Assembly: GCA_965226885.1 (NCBI GenBank)
Contig: CBDDEL010000010.1
Location: 128,001 to 192,000 of the forward strand
Length of the DNA: 64,000 nucleotides
From: Opitutales bacterium
Lineage (GTDB): Bacteria; Verrucomicrobiota; Verrucomicrobiia; Opitutales; UBA2987
Reading direction: 5' to 3'
Below are positions 57,623-64,000 of this stretch, in pieces (within the stretch, counting starts at the first letter, position 1; each line of letters starts with the position of its first letter). Both the position numbers and the translations under genes were made by a program. The notes below the pieces were generated by a model. It was not told the origin of the DNA and made no database searches. It saw only the letters and a program-made list of their open reading frames with translations.

Positions 57623-58709
57623 CGTTTTTTCAGCTGCTTCGGATCGCGTGGACAGAGCGCGTCGTAGATTCCCTCCTGGGCTAACTGCCGGCGGGCCCGC
57701 TGGGAGGCAAATCCCCGGTCCGCGCACATGGCCGCTATGGGTTCTTCCAGGTTGAAGCGGTTCTGTCTTTGCAAACTCTCTTGCATTTGTTCATTTTCGC
57801 TTGGAGTTCGGCTGCCGTAGAGTTTCCAGTCCAGCAGGTACCCTTCAACGCTTTCTCCCAAAAACAGGGTGTTGCCGAACTCGACCTCTTGGCCCGCTTT
57901 ACCTCGCACAATCACCTGCCCATCGAGTTCGTAAACACTCAAGACTTTCTCTGCGTTTTTCACCTGGCGGCCGCCAATGATCCGCTCGTGCGCCTGTTTG
58001 ATGACCACCGGGATTTGCTCGCTCATGCGCTCCATCCGGGCGAGGATCTGTTGGACCTGTTTTTCGCTGTAATCGCTTTGCTCCCAGCAGGCTTGCAATA
58101 ATTCCCGGTGACTGCGGGCATGCTCCCCGATCCGTTTGAGCAGCTTTTTCATCTGCCTCAAGATACCCTTGCGCTGCCGCGCGCTGTCCTTTCGCCGCCG
58201 GCTGTGGGTCATCTGTATGCACAGCCGATTCATCTGCCGAGCCAAGGGCTCCGGTTCGATCGGCATGCGATGGCGCACACCGGCCTTCTCGCGGATCAGC
58301 CGGATCGCTTTGAGCAACGTGCCGGCTACATCCTTGAGTAATACCCAGTCCGTCGGCCAATGAATGTTAGCCTCCAAACAGGTGCCGTCGATCAGGCAAA
58401 TGGTGGTGTCAATCGGCTTGTCCAATCCCACCTGCCGGCCCAGAAGGGCATCGCCCACCACCTCAGTCAAGGTCCGGTGCAAGGCCCTCAACTGCTCTTC
58501 GCTGAAAAACTTCGAGGCCCGCTCCAGGGTGCTTTTGGAGATGCCCCTGATGCCATCGATCTGCCGGACACGGCAAAAGTCGGCCAACAGATCGCTGCTG
58601 CCCAGAGCCCGCGACAAATGCCGAAACGAAATCCCTCCGAGCAGACGGCCCAGCGTATCCATGCGCAGTGCCTTGATGGCAAAACTGGCCCGCTGCCGCC
58701 GGGCCTTTA

Positions 58710-59841
58710 TACCAAATCGCAAAAGGATTGATAAAGATTAAAAAACAGCTATAAAGGCGGAATGAGAAGATATATGGGAACCGATGAAGACCGTGAACGT
58801 ATCAAGAAATTGCTCAACAAAGAGGCTGTCGGCTGGCGTAAAGAGCGTTTGGTGGCATTAAAAATGGGCTTCCAGCCGCACCACAGCATTGATGAAATTG
58901 GAGCCATCGTGGGCCGAGGCAAAGCGACGATCCAGCGTTGGTTTGACAAATATCGTGCTGCAGGGCTCGGGGCGGTGCTTACACGCGCCTACAAAGGCGG
59001 GATCAAAAGCCGTTGCGACAAAGAGGTGGAGGCCTTCTTGCTCAATGGTTTGAAGGTCGCGCGCTGGAACACAGCCGTTCAGGCGGGGCAAGAGCTGGAG
59101 CGACATTTCGGGCGCTCCTTCGCCTACAAGACGGTGTGGCGATGGCTAAAAAAATGCGCCGGGGTGCTTCGAGTCCCTCGCCCCGTGCATGAGAAACGGG
59201 ACTCGGCAAAAGCGGAAGCGTTCAAGCGAGACTTTTTTAAGATCCTCCAGGAGCTTTCCCTCACCCGAGGCAATCGGGTTCGGGTGTGGTTTGCCGATGA
59301 AAGCCGTTTTGGTTTGCTTCCGGTGTACCGCCGGTGCTGGACGCAAAGAGGGCTTCGGCCGCACAAAAAATATCAGACAAGATACCAGTGGAGCTACTGT
59401 TACGGAGCCCTCGACGTGGTCAACGGCGAGATGGTATGCATCCAAACCCCTAGCACGAATCTACAGTGGACGGAGGCTTTCCTCCAACAGATCAAAAAGC
59501 AATATCCTGAGGAGGAACATGTGGTTGTATGGGACGGGGCAGGCTTCCATCCGCACGACTCGGAGCACCCCAACGTCCCCCCGGGCATACATATCGTGAA
59601 TTTGCCGCCGTATAGTCCTGAACTCAACCCGATTGAAAGACTTTGGGATATGATACAGGATCAAACGGCCAACAAACTGTGGCCGAGCATTGAGCGACTC
59701 GAAGAAGTCGTCGCAACCCATCTCAAAGACTGGTGGGAGGACACTGAAAAAGTCCTCTCTTTAGTTGGCGGAGGCTGGCAGCACATTCAAGCAAACGCTT
59801 CTGCCAAATAACTTATTATCATACCTAATGAGATTTGGTAT
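58710..59841 (+). mobile_element. IS630 family element (transposase 58762-59811)
   Basis: TA target, TACCAAATC IRs; FADESRF, VWDGAGFH and LPPYSPELNPIE. Confidence 0.93.
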
Positions 59842-60307
59842 TAGACCCATTGGCGGCCACCCCTCCAAGGCCAGCTCAATGGCCTGCGATTCCACCTCCG
59901 AGTCGATCAGCAGCCGATCGATTCGATCAATGGTGGCGCGGAAGTTATCGTCATCGAGGCACCGGTCGACCACAGTTAAAGCTGGACGCAGGAGGCATTG
60001 GATGGCTATATTTTTCATAGAAAGGGCTATATTGATTTTGATTTTCGCTAACTCAATTATAGAACCCTTTTTTGGCCGGATCGAGCAAAAACTTGCTCTT
60101 TCCGGCTCTTTTTATCAACGTCATCCAGTTGACTATAAAATCTTTATATTTTTGGGACAGCCTCTAGCTAATACGAATTAATAACGAATTAATACTTAAA
60201 ATGACTCAAGTTTCGCTTTTTATATTAAATACGCTATTTATCTGATTTTTTTAAATAATTTCCAAATGCCTGAGATTTGAGCATTTTCCGGGCAACCCTG
60301 TTTTTTC

Positions 60308-62221
60308 ATGAGACTACTCTTAACCAGCCAAATAGGTATTTTTTTCCTGATAGGTTCCCTGTCCGCCGGAGCACAATTGGATGTCGCAAATCCCATCCGG
60401 GAGGAGCTGGAAGCATTTGCCGATGCCTGGATGGCGGAAAAATTGGCCGTCAGCCATATCCCGGGCGCCGTTCTCGTGGTGGTGAAAGATGGAAGTTTTT
60501 TATTGGCCAAAGGTTTCGGCCTGGCCGATCTGGAATCGCAAATTCCCATGGATCCTGAAAAAACTATTCTGAGGGTCGCTTCCAATTCAAAATTGTTTAC
60601 TGCCACGGCCGTTATGCAAGTTCATGAGAAAGAGCTGGTGGACCTCAAAACCGATATTCGCGCTTATATCGAGCCTGCCTTGATGCGGTCCTACCCGACT
60701 CCTGTAAACCTGCACCAGCTCCTGACCCACAGCGCCGGAATCGGCGATAAACTTTTCGGCCAGACAGTTGCCATGGCGGAAGACCTGCTCCCTTTGGAAG
60801 CCTACCTGGAACAAGAATTGGCCCGGCCTTTGGCTCCACCCGGTTACTTTATCAACTATTCCAATCATGGCATATCCCTGGCGGCCCACGTGGTGGAAAA
60901 CGTATCGGGGCTCAATTTTGAAGAGTATTGCCGGAAAAATATCTTCGCTCCCCTGGGAATGGAGAACAGCACTTTTATACCGTCGGAACAACTCATGGGC
61001 AGAGCCGCCACCGGGTATAGATACCTGTTGGGCGGTTACCGTATCCTGCCCCTGGGCGGTTACCGTATCCTGCCCCTGAGACACTGGCGGCCCTATCCGT
61101 CTTCCTCTCTCGTCACAACCGGGTATGACATGGGGCGATTCATGATAGCGCACCTTGAGAATGGGTCCTTGAACTTGACCGGGGAGCCCCCAGGAAAGAT
61201 TTTTTCTGCCGCCACGGCGAAAATCATGCACCGCCGGCAATTCACCATGCACCCCAGAGTCCCCGGCATGGCATACGGCTTTTGGGAGATGGAAGCGAAC
61301 GGGAAACGCCTCTTATGGCACAGCGGCCACATGCCCGGCCATCGCACCGGGTTATTCCTCATAAAATCGGGAGGCCTGGGAATCTTTCTCAACAGCAATA
61401 CTGAATTTCGCCTTTTTGACCTGTTTATCGATGATTTTCTCGACCAGTTTTATCCCGCCCCGCCAGTTGACAGGGCTCATACGCCAAGCAGCGAAAACCT
61501 GAATCGCTATGCCGGAGCTTACCGGCACAATTGGCACCCGCGCAGAACCATCGGCAAAATTGTCGCCTTTCACGGAATTCAGGGACAGCAATTGAATGTA
61601 AAACCATCCGCGGACGGCAATTCTCTTCTCATCGACGGTAAAATGTATGACTGGACGGTCAAAAACCTCTTCAGGGAGGTCGGGGGCGATCAAATTGCCG
61701 CTTTTTGGGAGACGACAAGCGGTCGTCCAGTAATCCTTTATCAGGGTGGCATGCTCACCTATTACCGGTTAAGGTGGTATCAAAGGATAGAATTTCACCG
61801 GGTTCTCTCGGTTCTTCTAACGATCAATTTCATCGTTTGCCTGTTCATCTGGGTTCGCGCCCATAAAAGGGATGGATTCCATTTTTTTAACGGAAAATTC
61901 CCGCCGCCTTGGCAAATCGCCGCAATGAGCGCCGGATTAACCTGTGTTCTATACTTGGTCTTTGTCCTCTCAATATTGGTACTGTTGTCAGCCGGTGCCT
62001 ATAAAATGGTTCAGGAGATTCAGTTGCCGCTGAAAGTCATTCTGACCTTGCCATTGTTCAGCTGCGCCTCTTCGGCCATATTGTTCTGCTCGTTATTCGC
62101 CTCCTGGAATCTTGACTCCTTGAGCAGGAAAGAGAAAATTCTCTACACGGTCATACTTCTAAATTCGCTCGCCGCCCTCGGGTTTCTCAGCTATTGGAAA
62201 CTGCTGGGATACCGGTTCTAA
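60308..62221 (+). CDS. Serine hydrolase (beta-lactamase class C-like) with C-terminal membrane helices
   Basis: SNSK (SxxK), LLTHSAG, YSN and HSG. Contains an in-frame 24-bp duplication (LGGYRILP twice). Confidence 0.88.
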   Translation: MRLLLTSQIGIFFLIGSLSAGAQLDVANPIREELEAFADAWMAEKLAVSHIPGAVLVVVKDGSFLLAKGFGLADLESQIPMDPEKTILRVASNSKLFTATAVMQVHEKELVDLKTDIRAYIEPALMRSYPTPVNLHQLLTHSAGIGDKLFGQTVAMAEDLLPLEAYLEQELARPLAPPGYFINYSNHGISLAAHVVENVSGLNFEEYCRKNIFAPLGMENSTFIPSEQLMGRAATGYRYLLGGYRILPLGGYRILPLRHWRPYPSSSLVTTGYDMGRFMIAHLENGSLNLTGEPPGKIFSAATAKIMHRRQFTMHPRVPGMAYGFWEMEANGKRLLWHSGHMPGHRTGLFLIKSGGLGIFLNSNTEFRLFDLFIDDFLDQFYPAPPVDRAHTPSSENLNRYAGAYRHNWHPRRTIGKIVAFHGIQGQQLNVKPSADGNSLLIDGKMYDWTVKNLFREVGGDQIAAFWETTSGRPVILYQGGMLTYYRLRWYQRIEFHRVLSVLLTINFIVCLFIWVRAHKRDGFHFFNGKFPPPWQIAAMSAGLTCVLYLVFVLSILVLLSAGAYKMVQEIQLPLKVILTLPLFSCASSAILFCSLFASWNLDSLSRKEKILYTVILLNSLAALGFLSYWKLLGYRF

Positions 62222-62279
62222 ACCAAAAGGATTTCATTGCCATATTGTAGCGGGTGAGATAGCCAAAGAAAAATTAACG

Positions 62280-62735
62280 ATGCCTGAACCAAGTCCACAG
62301 GAAATCGAGGATTATCTGCACGAGCAGATACCGGTGACCCGTTTCATGGGCATTCGCCTTGTTTCGCGCAGTTCGCATGAAATCCGTTTCAGCGCCCCCT
62401 TGGAACCTAATTTAAACCACCGTCAAACCGCATTTGGGGGTAGCATCGCCACCATGGGCATCCTGGCCGGCTGGGCCTTCATTCATTTTAATTTGCAAGA
62501 AATGGGTTTGCCTAGCCGACTGGTCATCAAGAAAAGCACAATCGATTTCATGGAACCGATAACCGGTCAATTCGAGGCTTCCTGCGAGGCGCCGGATCCC
62601 CAGAAATGGAAAATTTTTCTCGAAAATTTAAAACAATATAAAATGGCACGCCTCAATCTCGTTTCCAATTTATACTTTCAGGAAAAAATTACAGGGTGCC
62701 ACCACGGGATTTACGTTGCCCGGCTAGATCGCTGA
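62280..62735 (+). CDS. YiiD C-terminal-type thioesterase domain protein
   Basis: QIPVTRFMG and APLEPNLNHRQTAFGGS..LAGW. Confidence 0.85.
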   Translation: MPEPSPQEIEDYLHEQIPVTRFMGIRLVSRSSHEIRFSAPLEPNLNHRQTAFGGSIATMGILAGWAFIHFNLQEMGLPSRLVIKKSTIDFMEPITGQFEASCEAPDPQKWKIFLENLKQYKMARLNLVSNLYFQEKITGCHHGIYVARLDR

Positions 62736-62834
62736 CGGCTATATATATAATAGAAAAAGCGGTCAATGTTCATAATTCATATTTTGCGTAGGCCTTCTCG
62801 CCTCGTGACCTTGGGGATTATGGGGTGTCAGGTT

Positions 62835-63638
62835 GGTAGTGTATAAAAAAAGAATGTTATTTTGTATTTTTAGCTGTACAAATAGCGTTAGGCAGTTTAT
62901 TCTTAGTGCATGGTTACTAAAATTATTAATTGTCGGCACTGTGGAAGTGAAAATATCATTAAATTTGGCAAGACGCCCAACCATAAACAGCGCTACCGCT
63001 GCCATGATTGTGGTAAACAAAGCCGCGAAAACCCCACAGTGAAATACACCGAAGAGCAAAAAGAAATGATCCTTCGAGTCTATCAGGAACGCAGCAGTCT
63101 ACGCGGTTTACAGCGCGCCTTCGGGGTGAGTCCCAACACCGTTTTGAGTTGGTTAAAAAAAACGACAATCGCTGCGACCGCTCAAAAGCACGATTCTTGC
63201 GGCCCGCCGCCATGATGTCATTGAACTGGACGAACTGTGGTCTTTTGTGGGGCGCAAGAGCGATGCCCAATGGGTTTGGATCGCTCTTTGCCGACGCACC
63301 CGTCAAATCCTCTCCTATGCCATTGGGCCTCGGGATTGGTATCGTTGCCGGGAACTTTACGAGCGTCTGCCACGGGCCTACAAAAGATGTGCCACCTACA
63401 GCGACTTTTGGAGCACTTATGATGAAGTCTTTCCTCATAACCGATCCGTGGGAAAAGAAACCGGTGAAACGGCCCATGTGGAACGATGGAACAATACCCT
63501 GCGCCAACGACTGGGTCGTTTCACACGCAAAACCCTCTCCTTTTCCAAGCTTTTAAGAGTATGCATGAAACCTGTCTGAGACTTTTCATTCATCAATATA
63601 ATCAAGAATTAGCCACCATTCCTACTTAATACACTACC
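62835..63638 (+). mobile_element. IS1 type A (same 2-bp insB insertion as the 26756 copy)
   Basis: Both ends present. No TSD. Confidence 0.93.
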
Positions 63639-64000
63639 CCCAGATGAACAAGCACAGGACGCGAAAATGCATGACCAAAGACTTCGAGAATGACAGCGTT
63701 TTACGCACATAGCGTGACAGGGACTGTCGCAAGGTATTGTTCCAGCGTTCGATATGGGCGGTTTGGCCGGATTGTTTCCCGCTGGCGCTGTTGTGAGGGA
63801 AAACCTTGTCGTAGCTTTCCCAGTAATCGCTTACGGTGGCACAGTCGCGATAGGGCTGGGCGATGTTGTGATACAACTGCCAGCACGTTTGATCGCTACG
63901 ATCACCCAGAGAAAACCCGACGACCTGTCGGGTACGTCGACACAAGGCTACCCATAGCCATACCTGCCCCGAACGCTTATCGCCCCAGAATGACCACACC
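63639..64000 (-). mobile_element. IS1 type B, partial
   Basis: Matches about 42425-42787. Confidence 0.9.

Larger units (their letters stand above)
56398..60164 (-). mobile_element. IS5-like copy 3, both ends present, interrupted by IS1 and IS630
   Basis: GAGGCTGTCCCAAAA ... TTTTGGGACAGCCTC; transposase 60018-56593 when reassembled. Confidence 0.92.

Noticed and set aside
60308..62221. Antibiotic-resistance beta-lactamase
   Set aside because: The motifs fit the broad serine hydrolase/PBP-like family with membrane anchors. Nothing supports beta-lactam hydrolysis specifically.

Overview
Extremely IS-rich bacterial region. By hand tally about 36 of 64 kb is insertion sequence: two IS1380 types, IS21, two IS3 types, two IS1 types, an IS5/ISNCY-like element, IS630 and an ISL3-derived MITE. 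Many copies are near-identical and nested. Protein styles suggest a PVC-group (Verrucomicrobia-like) host, which is inference only. Non-IS content: (1) an integron, with intI split by IS21 plus a putative attI and first cassette; (2) a tRNA-Thr-associated integrative element with tyrosine integrase, AlpA-like HTH, SF3 helicase, HUH-like Rep and serine recombinase, marked by a repeated 16-bp palindrome TCTTTAATATTAAAGA; (3) a M20-gpgS-glycosyltransferase-HAD compatible-solute operon; (4) a SufR-like regulator/sigma-70 pair bracketed by 23-bp direct repeats; (5) scattered gene fragments, a serine hydrolase and a YiiD-like thioesterase. The strongest signal is IS1380-driven gene capture. A 5.57-kb unit (IS1380 plus TonB-dependent receptor) is flanked by a 5-bp duplication inside another IS whose empty site is visible elsewhere in the window. 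A second probable capture carries a glycosidase-like gene, an IR-mimic junction is present, and a 13.5-kb composite is bounded by a CTAA duplication. Coordinates were read by hand and may be off by a few bp.
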